A DNA stretch of 64,000 bases from Candidatus Woesearchaeota archaeon (GTDB taxonomy: Archaea; Nanobdellota; Nanobdellia; Woesearchaeales; GW2011-AR4). Below, piece after piece: positions 26,801 through 34,988 of the stretch. Positions within the stretch are counted from its first letter, which is position 1. Every line of letters starts with the position of its first letter. The notes beneath the pieces are model-generated. The model did not search any database. It worked only from the letters and a program-made list of their open reading frames with translations, and was not told the DNA's origin. The translations under genes and the position numbers were made by a program. The stretch lies in assembly GCA_016185755.1 (NCBI GenBank), contig JACPMX010000006.1, positions 98,644-162,643 of the forward strand. The letters run 5' to 3'.

Positions 26801-26962
26801 GTAAGAGAACAAAATGAAGCTCACGGTGTGGTCAATCCAGTCCAGGTCTGCAGAGACGGTCCCGAAGTAGCCGACAAGGCCTATCACCATCAAGGCCCCT
26901 ACAAGAAACTCAACTACCCCAAACTCCAGCTTCCTAAGCACCTCCTTTGCCCCTGCCATCAT
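23813..26962 (-). CDS. large polytopic membrane protein with Cys-rich C-terminal domain
   Basis: 1049 aa. About 500 aa of repeated hydrophobic helices, then a soluble region ending in CxxxC-rich sequence (SCGNQEEFVQSCPSGEVCTNGECGKPC...). Confidence 0.6.
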   Translation of the reverse strand: MMAGAKEVLRKLEFGVVEFLVGALMVIGLVGYFGTVSADLDWIDHTVSFILFSYLFYKLNITSILFGRTSRLANFVIIISYFSLFFKDIISYTELNAFKFKFISFVDYIYVFLRDNLLAANISTFYTGIAGIFIISIYLAYKAEISHPSFLYAIFGSKFRSRLLKFISIFILLVGFYHFVYSMILEWLEFVIDDPVIAVGAVFYIYGISKHYQKFDKKNFIYKIGGFSSGLYKKFVSLFHYKKTLPLAISGLLILHALSDLGVFAYSFVFLRENFYLEFLTEGHTPFLSLFLSDAAGIPPHAAIPLLIDYLLNAASLAIFLLMPVFVWASMFSKKGLHLRRPFLFFIYSSVAAYMMLPGYIIGPLGGSSIAGVDIASISLMETSSVLERFFPDKPSIIIAVSLISIIFGFAVYILSSNPKTRRELYAFSIIGGLAFYAVYLYYFFSSMLLYFYGNIMLTLFTPHFIIAAVLGVLLALSAVFYIGGYLMFLYEIVMEYHRRKWSEPIDEKIVSGMRKARRLEKSIFRPKKAQLIGEVFKYGLVGVVSVFILILGYKMVSVVKERACNTEIAKFEIELRNLDKSLRYGTRELQTYDVPCKADRIYFFDLSKGIQPENFKDVPIIMDSLRTGGGDNVFVVKEGNVKRSFNAGSLEMIYPYHICFSPKFDKISFFIEGAGKYAKIAASCEQPECTLMPINISEEESKKIINEAIEFGCSNCPSDFDRESANIKITRQNVEMFRKFTFCDGITSVQIIIRPKKGSQIKDFRFYEFIPKNCIDDLDKFLAENIEGNVEIKSDPLIMWSFESLEGEQRVSYKLSAELDDECKKAIQGLGVAQFAAGEKPEEETKGPNTAPTIGGIPDASVSGIGLKKNVISNLWKYAQDRETNPSSLVYTIIDQTNKALVDCSISSEKHLDCEVRQNRDGTSTITIQIDDLEFTDRAAFKVEVSQFCKSHAKKGCVGDVVFWLDSCGNQEEFVQSCPSGEVCTNGECGKPCIQNAEKRCEDGDRMYYFDSCGKKGQFHFDCRDNLARNQCRNGKCCIGNFFCQEQE

Positions 26963-27043
26963 CCAATTTTACCTTTGATACTTCTTATTTAAATATTGCT
27001 GTTATTCAATAAATATAAAAACAAAAAAGAAAAGCGGAATTAT

Positions 27044-27829
27044 ATGGCAAGGCTTGTTTTGGACCTGGCAAAAAGCATAGACGAGAATGCAGCGGCTTAC
27101 TTCGAGAAGGCGAAGAAAATAAAGAAGAAGGCGGAAGGGGCTGAAAAGGCGCTGAGCGAAAACCTCGGGAAGCTCAAGCTTCTGGAGCTGAAGAAGGAGA
27201 AAATAAGCCTTGAAAAGGCAAAGCAGGACAAGCTGAAGGAAAGGAAAACCGAATGGTATGAAAAATTCAGGTGGTTTATCAGCTCTGAAGGATTTCTAGT
27301 CATTGGCGGGAGGGATGCAACTTCCAATGAGATTGTAGTGAAAAAACACACCGAAGCAAATGACCTGGTTTTCCACACGGACATGGCAGGCTCGCCTTTT
27401 TTTGTTGTGAAAAGCGAAGGAAAGGAAATCGGGGAAAAGACAAAGGAAGAAACTGCTGATGCGACTGTCACTTTCAGCAGGGCATGGAAGCTCGGGCTCC
27501 ATACTTCCTCTGTGTTTTATGTTTCACCCGAACAGGTGAGCAAGAAGACAAAGGCCGGGGAGTACATGGGCAAAGGGGCTTTCATGATTTACGGCAAGAC
27601 AAACTACATAGGCAATAAGCTGAACCTGGCTGTTGGGATGACAAAGCAGCAGCAAATAATGTCAGGCCCGCTTGATGCCGTCAAAGCTAACTGCGAAAAA
27701 TTCGTTGTTTTGGAGCAGGGCAATGAGAAATCAAGCTCAGTTGCCAAATACATCCAGCACAAGATAGGGGGCTCCATAGATGAGATAATAAGGGCATTGC
27801 CGTCAGGTGAGTTTAGGGTAAAGAAATAA
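27044..27829 (+). CDS. NFACT-R/DUF814 domain protein (RqcH/FbpA C-terminal-like)
   Basis: Coiled-coil N-terminus, then FRWFISSEGFLVIGGRDATSNEIVVKKHTEANDLVFHTDMAGSPFFVVK, the DUF814 pattern. ATG at 27044. Confidence 0.65.
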   Translation: MARLVLDLAKSIDENAAAYFEKAKKIKKKAEGAEKALSENLGKLKLLELKKEKISLEKAKQDKLKERKTEWYEKFRWFISSEGFLVIGGRDATSNEIVVKKHTEANDLVFHTDMAGSPFFVVKSEGKEIGEKTKEETADATVTFSRAWKLGLHTSSVFYVSPEQVSKKTKAGEYMGKGAFMIYGKTNYIGNKLNLAVGMTKQQQIMSGPLDAVKANCEKFVVLEQGNEKSSSVAKYIQHKIGGSIDEIIRALPSGEFRVKK

Positions 27830-27908
27830 CACTAAGAATTTGAAATCACATTAACAAAAGCTCATTAACTAAAAATCAATAAAAATAAGGAAAAAATATA
27901 AACTAAAA

Positions 27909-28724
27909 ATGTTCATTCCAATACAGCCCGAAATCCCAAAGTTCCAGTGCAATGCATGCGGAAGCTGCTGCAGCCATATAAGGGGAATAATCCCGAAAGA
28001 AGACCAAGAGTTTATCAGGGAATTTGCATTCGGCAAGATGCCAGTCGTGCAGCTTGTTCCTGTTGAAAGAATGACATTTCCATTGTGGGACTGGGAAGCG
28101 AAGAGATTCATGGAATGGCAGAAAGAAGCAAATGTGAATGCAAACATAAAGCCATTGAGGGTTATTTTTGACTTGAAATCAAACAAGGCAATTGTTTTGA
28201 CATATTTCATGGATGGTGAAACTGATGCATGCCCATTTTTGAAGGAAAATAAATGCTCAATATACCACACAAAAAGGGCTTATGTCTGCAGGCTGTTTCC
28301 GTTCAACATGGGGCCGTTCATCGGCAATGACGGGATGAACCAGAAAGAAAGCCTGTTTGGGGAATGCTGGGCAATGGAAAAAATTCTTCCGCAGCTGCCG
28401 GATAACTTCGAAAAAATGGTGGGGTTTTTGAGCGAGGCATTTCCTGACGGGTCTTTCATCAATGCTGTCCAAAACGACATCATAATTGAATGGGCCAACA
28501 GCACAATCATTGAGCTGGCAAGGAAAAAGATTATAAAGCCTGCGGTTAATTATCCCTATGAATTTCTGCTGAAGAGGGTATCAAATGCGGAAAAAATCGA
28601 TTTTACTGACTTTTTGGTTGAGAGCAGCTACCTGAGCCGGGAGGAAAAGGAAATCTTAATAAAAAAGTTTGACGGCAATGCAGACGCAAAAGAAAAAATT
28701 GAGAATTTTTTGAGTTCACGATGA
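27909..28724 (+). CDS. YkgJ-family CxxCxxCC cysteine-cluster protein
   Basis: FQCNACGSCCSH and CPFLKENKCSIYHTKRAYVCRLFP. Confidence 0.6.
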   Translation: MFIPIQPEIPKFQCNACGSCCSHIRGIIPKEDQEFIREFAFGKMPVVQLVPVERMTFPLWDWEAKRFMEWQKEANVNANIKPLRVIFDLKSNKAIVLTYFMDGETDACPFLKENKCSIYHTKRAYVCRLFPFNMGPFIGNDGMNQKESLFGECWAMEKILPQLPDNFEKMVGFLSEAFPDGSFINAVQNDIIIEWANSTIIELARKKIIKPAVNYPYEFLLKRVSNAEKIDFTDFLVESSYLSREEKEILIKKFDGNADAKEKIENFLSSR

Positions 28725-29314
28725 TTTCATCAGGGGAAATAAGGATTTTGGAGGCCAAGAGCGGCATACCAAGAGGAAACCTCATGGAGAATGCCGGAAA
28801 GGCTGTTTATAATGCGCTTAAAGAAAAGCTTGACATAAGGGACAAGAACATTCTAGTGGTATGCTACCACGGCAACAACGGGGGAGATGGCTTTGTTGCT
28901 GCAAGACACCTTTGCGATGAGGCGGAAACTGATGTCCTGTTCATAGGGGACGAAGCAAAGCTGAAGAAGGAAGCGCTTGCAAACTTCAAGAGAATAGAGC
29001 ACAACGAGAAGGTGCAGTTTCTTGTTGGCGACGATGTCGACTTCAATGCGTATGATATCATCATTGATGCAATCCTCGGCATCGGAATCCACGGAAGGCT
29101 GAACAGGGAAATTTCCGCCATAATTGACGACATCAACAATTCAAAAGCATTCAGGGTTTCAGTTGACATCCCGACAGGGATTGACCCTGACACAGGGGAT
29201 GTTGTGGACAAGTTCGTGAATGCGGACTTGATTGTGACGTTCCATGAAATGAAGAAAGGGCTTGAGAAAATGCAGGAGAAGACTGTTGTCGTTGATATTG
29301 GATTGCCTAAATAA
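28721..29314 (+). CDS. nnrE: NAD(P)H-hydrate epimerase (YjeF N-terminal domain)
   Basis: LMENAGKAVYNAL, VVCYHGNNGGDGFVAARHL, DAILGIGIHG. Confidence 0.8.
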   Translation: MISSGEIRILEAKSGIPRGNLMENAGKAVYNALKEKLDIRDKNILVVCYHGNNGGDGFVAARHLCDEAETDVLFIGDEAKLKKEALANFKRIEHNEKVQFLVGDDVDFNAYDIIIDAILGIGIHGRLNREISAIIDDINNSKAFRVSVDIPTGIDPDTGDVVDKFVNADLIVTFHEMKKGLEKMQEKTVVVDIGLPK

Positions 29315-29316
29315 CC

Positions 29317-30189
29317 ATGCGATTCATCACCAAATCACAAGTCAGATTGGCAAAAAGAGAAAGCGGGAGCCATAAAGGCCAAAATGGCTATGTTCTTGCC
29401 GTTGGAGGCTCTGAAGAATATTCCGGCGCAATTACACTTGCAGGATTGGCTGCCTTGAGAAGCGGATGCGATCTGGTGAAAATAATAGCGCCTAAAAAGG
29501 TTGCATGGGCCATAAATGCCTATTCTCCTGATTTGGTTACGATGAAGCTGAAGGATTCTAATTTTAAATTAAAACATTTTAGTATTGTTAAAAAATCAAT
29601 GGATAGGTTTGATGTTCTTTTGATTGGAAACGGCATCGGCATGGATAATGAAACCAAAAAATTCTGCAAAAAAACAATAAAAGAAATTAAAAAATCCAAA
29701 GTCATAGATGCTGATGCAATAAAATCCATTTCAATGTATGATGCTGAAAATTCAATAATAACCCCTCATTCAAAAGAGCTTGAATATTTTTTAATTAACT
29801 CAAAGATTAAAAAGCCCATTATCGAAAAAATCAATAATGAGAAAAACATCGGGAAAAAATCACAATCAATAAAAAAAACAGCGCAAAAATTCCTCGGCAA
29901 AAACAATATCATCCTTCTTAAAGGGAAAGTTGATGCAATAATATCAAAAAACAGAATTTTGCTTGTAAAAGGCGGCAATGCAGGCATGACAAAAGGCGGC
30001 ACAGGTGATGTGCTGGCAGGATTGTGCGCCGGGTTTTTAGCGCAATCAAAAGAATCGCTTCAAAGCGCAATAAATGCCTCATACTACAACAAAAAAATCG
30101 GAGATATCTTGCTGAAAAAGAAAAAAGGATTTAGTTATCTTGCTTCTGACATGGTAAATGAGATTAAAAGAATAAAAGACTATTCCTGA
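29317..30189 (+). CDS. nnrD: ADP/ATP-dependent NAD(P)H-hydrate dehydratase (YjeF C-terminal domain)
   Basis: GSHKGQNGYVLAVGGSEEYSGAITLAG and GGTGDVLAGLCAGF. Confidence 0.8.
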   Translation: MRFITKSQVRLAKRESGSHKGQNGYVLAVGGSEEYSGAITLAGLAALRSGCDLVKIIAPKKVAWAINAYSPDLVTMKLKDSNFKLKHFSIVKKSMDRFDVLLIGNGIGMDNETKKFCKKTIKEIKKSKVIDADAIKSISMYDAENSIITPHSKELEYFLINSKIKKPIIEKINNEKNIGKKSQSIKKTAQKFLGKNNIILLKGKVDAIISKNRILLVKGGNAGMTKGGTGDVLAGLCAGFLAQSKESLQSAINASYYNKKIGDILLKKKKGFSYLASDMVNEIKRIKDYS

Positions 30190-30539
30190 ATATACTCAAC
30201 GCCCAAAGCAAGGCACAATTCAGCCTTCTTCAGCTCCTTTCCAAGGTAAGCTGCATGGTCAAGCACCCTGAACCAGTTCTTCCTGTGCTCGTCGCTGAAC
30301 TTGAACATTGCGACATAAATGTCATTGGCCCTTTTGCCCCTGAATTCCTTGAGGACCGTGTGTTGGTAGTCGCATACTGCAACTCCAATTTCATGGGTGT
30401 CCCAGTAAATCCTGATCAGGGTATAACAGCCGTCATCGTTCCGGTGATCCTTGTAGTCATCATACGGCTTTGTCCTTATGACTTCAAAGTCATCAGCCAC
30501 CTTCTTGTCCTTCACCCACGCGGGCCTGTCCATTGCCAT
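30180..30539 (-). CDS. hypothetical protein (possibly DUF4346-like)
   Basis: 119 aa. The C-terminal HAAYLGKELKKAELCLALGVEYIQE resembles the DUF4346 pattern from memory. Weak. Confidence 0.4.
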   Translation of the reverse strand: MAMDRPAWVKDKKVADDFEVIRTKPYDDYKDHRNDDGCYTLIRIYWDTHEIGVAVCDYQHTVLKEFRGKRANDIYVAMFKFSDEHRKNWFRVLDHAAYLGKELKKAELCLALGVEYIQE

Positions 30540-30571
30540 TTTTTTATTTTTTAAATTCTAACTTTGTTTTT

Positions 30572-30626
30572 AATCCGTCCTTCGGACAAAATTTACTGCT
30601 CGGAGGCATCCGACCTCCTCGCCTAT
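30572..30626 (+). repeat. dispersed two-hairpin repeat family, copy B
   Basis: AATCCGTCCTTCGGACAAAATTTACTGCTCGGAGGCATCCGACCTCCTCGCCTAT. Hairpins GTCC/GGAC and GGAGG/CCTCC. Confidence 0.6.
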
Positions 30627-30652
30627 TATTGTAAATTGAATCTAACTTTTCT

Positions 30653-31255
30653 TTAAAAAGTTTTGTTTTCCGTATTCGGCACAAAAACCCATTCATTTAG
30701 CCAGTCCTTTTTTATGGTTCCCCTGTCCATGTTGAACAATGGCAGGTAATTATGGTGCACCCTGAACGGAAAAGTGACTTTTGCCGTTATGATCTCATTT
30801 ATGCAGTCCCTGCCGTGCCTTTTTTTTATTTCCGGGATTATGGCGCCGTTGAATATCTCGATAAGCTCGTCCTCGCTGCCGGCTTCTAAAATCAATATAA
30901 TTGCAAAGTGCCCGTCTTTTTCGCCCAGAAAGCTTTCCGCGTGATGCCTTGGGTTGACTTTCCTGAAATTCTCGCTTTTCTTTATCTCGTCAAGGTATTT
31001 CTGCCTTGTGATGCCTTCCTTGAACTTAACGATGTAAAGCTGCCTTGCATTGTGCTGTCCCCTTTCATAGCTCTCATAGGAAACATTGGAGTAATAGTGT
31101 ATATAGCCTTCCTCCTCAAGGAGCTTTCTTTTCCTGTTGACAGTTGTTACAGGAATCATTGTATTCTTGGCTATCTGGTTGTCGGAAATTCTGGGATTCC
31201 GGACAAGCTCCCTCAGTATTTTTTCCTCCTGCTTGTCAAACTTTCTCATTTTCAT
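30653..31255 (-). CDS. winged-helix (Lrp/AsnC-type HTH) regulator
   Basis: N-terminal EEKILRELVRNPRISDNQIAKNTMIPVTTVNRKRKLLEEEGYI. Confidence 0.6.
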   Translation of the reverse strand: MKMRKFDKQEEKILRELVRNPRISDNQIAKNTMIPVTTVNRKRKLLEEEGYIHYYSNVSYESYERGQHNARQLYIVKFKEGITRQKYLDEIKKSENFRKVNPRHHAESFLGEKDGHFAIILILEAGSEDELIEIFNGAIIPEIKKRHGRDCINEIITAKVTFPFRVHHNYLPLFNMDRGTIKKDWLNEWVFVPNTENKTF

Positions 31256-31387
31256 ATATAATTCAGCATAATTTCGTTATACGCAACCATTACATTTGGT
31301 AATTTATTCCGTTTTTTAAGCTTTGTGGTATGAATATGCTAAATTCCTGAAAAAAGCTTTAAAAATGAAAAAGGATTACTGGGAAGT

Positions 31388-31705
31388 ATGGCGATAGCAG
31401 AACCAAGAACTATTGATGATGTTGCTAGGGGCATACCCACACTTAGCCCTAGGGAATTGGGTATTGTACTGACAGGGCATAACTCTGTAGAAGCTATGAG
31501 CGGAAAAGGAAAAGCGCCATCTGTAGGAATTTATGAAGTCAGCGGAAAACTTTACCTGATAAATAGGGTGAATGGGGATATTAATGTTTATGGCATTGGG
31601 CATGTTGAAAATTCATCAATACCAAAATTAACTTTAGTTTCTTATCCAGTAGAACGGGAAAAAGCTTTGAAAGCATACCTAAGGCATGAAGCTGGCTTAA
31701 TTTAA
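31388..31705 (+). CDS. hypothetical protein
   Basis: 105-aa ORF, no motif recognised. Confidence 0.45.
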   Translation: MAIAEPRTIDDVARGIPTLSPRELGIVLTGHNSVEAMSGKGKAPSVGIYEVSGKLYLINRVNGDINVYGIGHVENSSIPKLTLVSYPVEREKALKAYLRHEAGLI

Positions 31706-31720
31706 AAAAATTATCGCAAA

Positions 31721-32098
31721 ATGGCATTCTTGTCTGAAGACGGGGGAATTGGATCGAATACCGATACACTAGATGTTAAGGTTAGAGGCCAGACAACATC
31801 AGTGTCTGCAGCAGACTTGGCGCATTATCTTCAGCAAACATCGCCTGAAGGAACACCCTTATACGGGAATATTGTTGTAAGGGATTTAAGCGAACCAGAA
31901 GTATTTTTGAAAAGAGTCGGAAGCTCTTATTATTTTGGGCAATTGATTGGGATTATACGCAGGCAAGCTGGCGATTTAGTTGCAAGAGTCAAGCCCTTTT
32001 CTGATGAAATAGGGGAGAACCTAAGGGCAGAATTAAGAAGAATATCCCATGCACATCCATTTTTTCCTTACCTCCCAATGGATTCCATTAAAGTATGA
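31721..32098 (+). CDS. hypothetical protein
   Basis: 125-aa ORF 15 nt downstream of the previous one, no motif recognised. Confidence 0.45.
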   Translation: MAFLSEDGGIGSNTDTLDVKVRGQTTSVSAADLAHYLQQTSPEGTPLYGNIVVRDLSEPEVFLKRVGSSYYFGQLIGIIRRQAGDLVARVKPFSDEIGENLRAELRRISHAHPFFPYLPMDSIKV

Positions 32099-32225
32099 AT
32101 CTTTCATCTATTTTCTGAACTAAAATCCAAAACCGCAACCTTTATATACTATTATTAAAGATATTTCTGGAATTATGTTTTAAAATATAAAAAAAGCTAT
32201 GAAAAATAATATTTGAAATACTATT

Positions 32226-32378
32226 ATGGTAAAAATACAGAAATTGCCGTCAGGGCAATTGGTAATCACTATCCCGAAGCTTCTTGCAGAGTATGAAGGG
32301 CTGAAGAAAGGAATGGAGATGGAATTCAAGAAGCACAAGGGCGGGTTTATACTTGAAATAAAGAAAAAAGGTGGTTGA
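32226..32378 (+). CDS. AbrB/SpoVT-type small DNA-binding protein (50 aa)
   Basis: MVKIQKLPSGQLVITIPKLLAEYEGLKKGMEMEFKKHKGGFILEIKK fits the swapped-hairpin AbrB/MazE pattern. A/T box about 35 nt upstream. Below the ORF-track size cutoff. Confidence 0.5.
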   Translation: MVKIQKLPSGQLVITIPKLLAEYEGLKKGMEMEFKKHKGGFILEIKKKGG

Positions 32379-32529
32379 ACTGAAAATAGACGATATAGCA
32401 GCACTGCTAGGGAAAAGAAGGAGCGAAGTCGAGGAAATGCTGAAGAGAAGCGATGTGATAGATCTTAACCTGAGCGAGAGGAAGCCTAGGCAAAGGGACG
32501 AAGATGACGACCTGAGGATTTACGAATAG
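32371..32529 (+). CDS. small hypothetical protein (52 aa, HTH-like)
   Basis: GTG start overlaps the AbrB-like stop (GTGGTTGA). IDDIAALLGKRRSEVEEMLKR, then an acidic tail. Weak. Confidence 0.3.
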   Translation: MVELKIDDIAALLGKRRSEVEEMLKRSDVIDLNLSERKPRQRDEDDDLRIYE

Positions 32530-32643
32530 GCATAGCACATTCAGGCATGGAAGCAGCATCGCCGCTTCGGAGTATTATGGGCTTAAGCCATAAACCAAAA
32601 CTTTAAAAAGAATATTTCAAACAAAAATCAAAAAGAGGACAAA

Positions 32644-34056
32644 ATGCCGACAGACGCAGAGCTTGCAAAATATGGCTTTGAGAACGAAACAAGCGAGGAG
32701 TACAGGCAGTCGTTCATAAAGACAGGCTACCCCCAGCCTGCAAGGAGGTACAGGCTGCACTATGAAGGCTACAACATTTCCATAGAAGAGCCTTATTTCT
32801 GGATGCTTCACTACCTGAGATATTTTGGGGGATTTCCAAGGATTGACAAGATAACTGATGTTTTTGCAGCTGCGGAAAATTCAGCTTTTTTTGGAGCGTC
32901 GCAGCAGAGGATAGGGCTGCAGCAGGACAAAGTTTCCCAATTTCTTGCCACGATAGGGAAGATGGTGAGGGAACTGTTCCAGCTTGTCAGGGAAATGAGA
33001 GTTCTGGACGAGAGACTGGGCTATTATGCGGACTCGTACACAAACAGCCCCAGCGCTGAAAGCGCTGAAATAACATTGAAAGGGATATGGGTTGATTTGG
33101 TTGAGCAGGGAGCTAAAAACCCGGCGTCAGTCTACGGAATGGCAAGGGAAGTGCAATTCACAACCCTGCCGGACCTGTTTTTCAGCACGCATCCCCAGAA
33201 GCAGGAGGATGTTGACATTTCAGTTGAAAGGGAAAGGGGGCAGTTCAACAGGAAAGTAAGGGAAGTGCTGAAAAGAAAGCTCAGGGCATTTTTGGCATGG
33301 AAGGAGCACACTTATCAGGAGCTGAAAAACAGGAGGGTATTCACATTAAAATACCTCAGGCAGCATTTTGAAATCATAAGGATGTATGTGACATGGGTAA
33401 AGCCATATCTAAAAAACATACAAAGGCTGCAGCTTGACCAGAGCAAAACAGAAACTCCTGACCTGATAATTGCATTTGAAGGCTCGATGATTGAGGTTGA
33501 GATCCTCGCAGTCAAGCCTGCATCGGGAGGAATGAACCAATGCATACTGATGCATTACTTTTTCAGGACAAGGCCTGAAATGAGTTATTCCCAGGAATAT
33601 CAGAGGGGGCCGCTGCACCTCGGCAGGGTTGAAATCGACTTCCGCGCTTACGGATGGACTGACAAGGAGATTGAAAATTACAAGAGAATGAGGGACCAGG
33701 AAGATTTCCAGCTGCTTGGGGTAATTGACGGCTCTGTAAAGTCGGCAATGGAATCCCTGGGAGACGAGCTGATGCGCTATCTCAAAGAGGCCGGTGAGGA
33801 ATTCGAGGAGAAAAAAGAAATGCCAAAAGCGCATCCAAAAAGGCCAGGCATTTTCATGTCAGTCTTTGACGGGTTTGCCGAGCTTCTTGGCTCATTCAGG
33901 GTTAAAAAGGAAATCAAGGAGTCAAGAAAAAAGCCGAAACAGACAGACCTGATGAAGGAAGCGATTGCAAGGAGCAAGGCAGAGGACGCTGTCAAGAAAG
34001 TCATGTGGAACACTTACCATCATTTCAAGAAGCAGCATGACATGCTAAACTGGTGA
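32644..34056 (+). CDS. hypothetical protein (470 aa)
   Basis: Long uninterrupted ORF with host-like composition. No motif recognised. Confidence 0.6.
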   Translation: MPTDAELAKYGFENETSEEYRQSFIKTGYPQPARRYRLHYEGYNISIEEPYFWMLHYLRYFGGFPRIDKITDVFAAAENSAFFGASQQRIGLQQDKVSQFLATIGKMVRELFQLVREMRVLDERLGYYADSYTNSPSAESAEITLKGIWVDLVEQGAKNPASVYGMAREVQFTTLPDLFFSTHPQKQEDVDISVERERGQFNRKVREVLKRKLRAFLAWKEHTYQELKNRRVFTLKYLRQHFEIIRMYVTWVKPYLKNIQRLQLDQSKTETPDLIIAFEGSMIEVEILAVKPASGGMNQCILMHYFFRTRPEMSYSQEYQRGPLHLGRVEIDFRAYGWTDKEIENYKRMRDQEDFQLLGVIDGSVKSAMESLGDELMRYLKEAGEEFEEKKEMPKAHPKRPGIFMSVFDGFAELLGSFRVKKEIKESRKKPKQTDLMKEAIARSKAEDAVKKVMWNTYHHFKKQHDMLNW

Positions 34057-34080
34057 ATATTGTATTATTTTTATAATTTG

Positions 34081-34785
34081 TTAATTGAATACAGATATAT
34101 GTGCCATACCCACACTTATAAGGAAATTAGTTCTTTCAGGATATAAGCTAATGATTTTATGGAATTCTTGTCGGCTGTAAGCTTCCCAGTAAGGTTTTAT
34201 ATCTTCGTACAAAATAGTAGGTGCACCATTTTTTATAACTCTGCAGACATCATCAAGAGATCTTCTCATCATTTTAGCTGTGCCTAATAAGGCTAACAAA
34301 AGTTCAATTGGTCCGTCGGGTGCATTAGGAAACATCTGAAAATGAAATTGTACCATTGCTCTTTCAATTTCGTCATCACTAACCCCAGCACTCTTTTTAA
34401 TAAATCTCCTAACTTCGGCATCATCAATATCGGGCATTGCCTCGTGGTAAGGTATACTAAATAATTTGGCTAATTCCTGAAAATAGAAATGAGGAGGAAA
34501 TTCCTTTGGATCTTTGATTTGTTTAGAAACACCCTCTCTGAGTATTATCCAATCGTTGGGATTTAATTTTGGCACTATGCTTTGATGTACGTACTCTACG
34601 GGCTTTTTTGAAGCGTGAGTCTCTCCAACAACATACAATGTCCTGTCTCGTAAAAAACGTTTATCCTCAAATATTTCCGCATCAACCATTCCTCTTGTAA
34701 CAGGGTCCTGTTCTGTTCTTTCTTTAAAATCTTCAAATGCTTCCATCACAATTGAATACAATTCGTGCTCGTCTTTGAATTCCAT
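34081..34785 (-). CDS. hypothetical protein
   Basis: 234-aa ORF in an AT-rich segment. LYVVGETHASK faintly recalls TraB/GumN-type motifs. Not supported further. Confidence 0.5.
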   Translation of the reverse strand: MEFKDEHELYSIVMEAFEDFKERTEQDPVTRGMVDAEIFEDKRFLRDRTLYVVGETHASKKPVEYVHQSIVPKLNPNDWIILREGVSKQIKDPKEFPPHFYFQELAKLFSIPYHEAMPDIDDAEVRRFIKKSAGVSDDEIERAMVQFHFQMFPNAPDGPIELLLALLGTAKMMRRSLDDVCRVIKNGAPTILYEDIKPYWEAYSRQEFHKIISLYPERTNFLISVGMAHISVFN

Positions 34786-34911
34786 AAAACGAAGTTACCC
34801 CAATAGCCTTAAAAATCTTTGTTTTTTCACTACTTTAAAATTAATATATTAAAACCACTAACTATTTATATCACCGTTTCATAGAATAACTAAAAGATAA
34901 TGATTAAAATT

Positions 34912-34963
34912 ATAAGCGAGCCGTCGGATGCGGCGAGCACAAAAATCTGCCGAAGGCGGAATC
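34912..34963 (-). repeat. dispersed two-hairpin repeat family, copy D
   Basis: Minus strand reads GATTCCGCCTTCGGCAGATTTTTGTGCTCGCCGCATCCGACGGCTCGCTTAT. Hairpins GCC/GGC and GCCG/CGGC. Confidence 0.6.
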
Positions 34964-34988
34964 AAATTGAATACAAAAAGGTGATATT

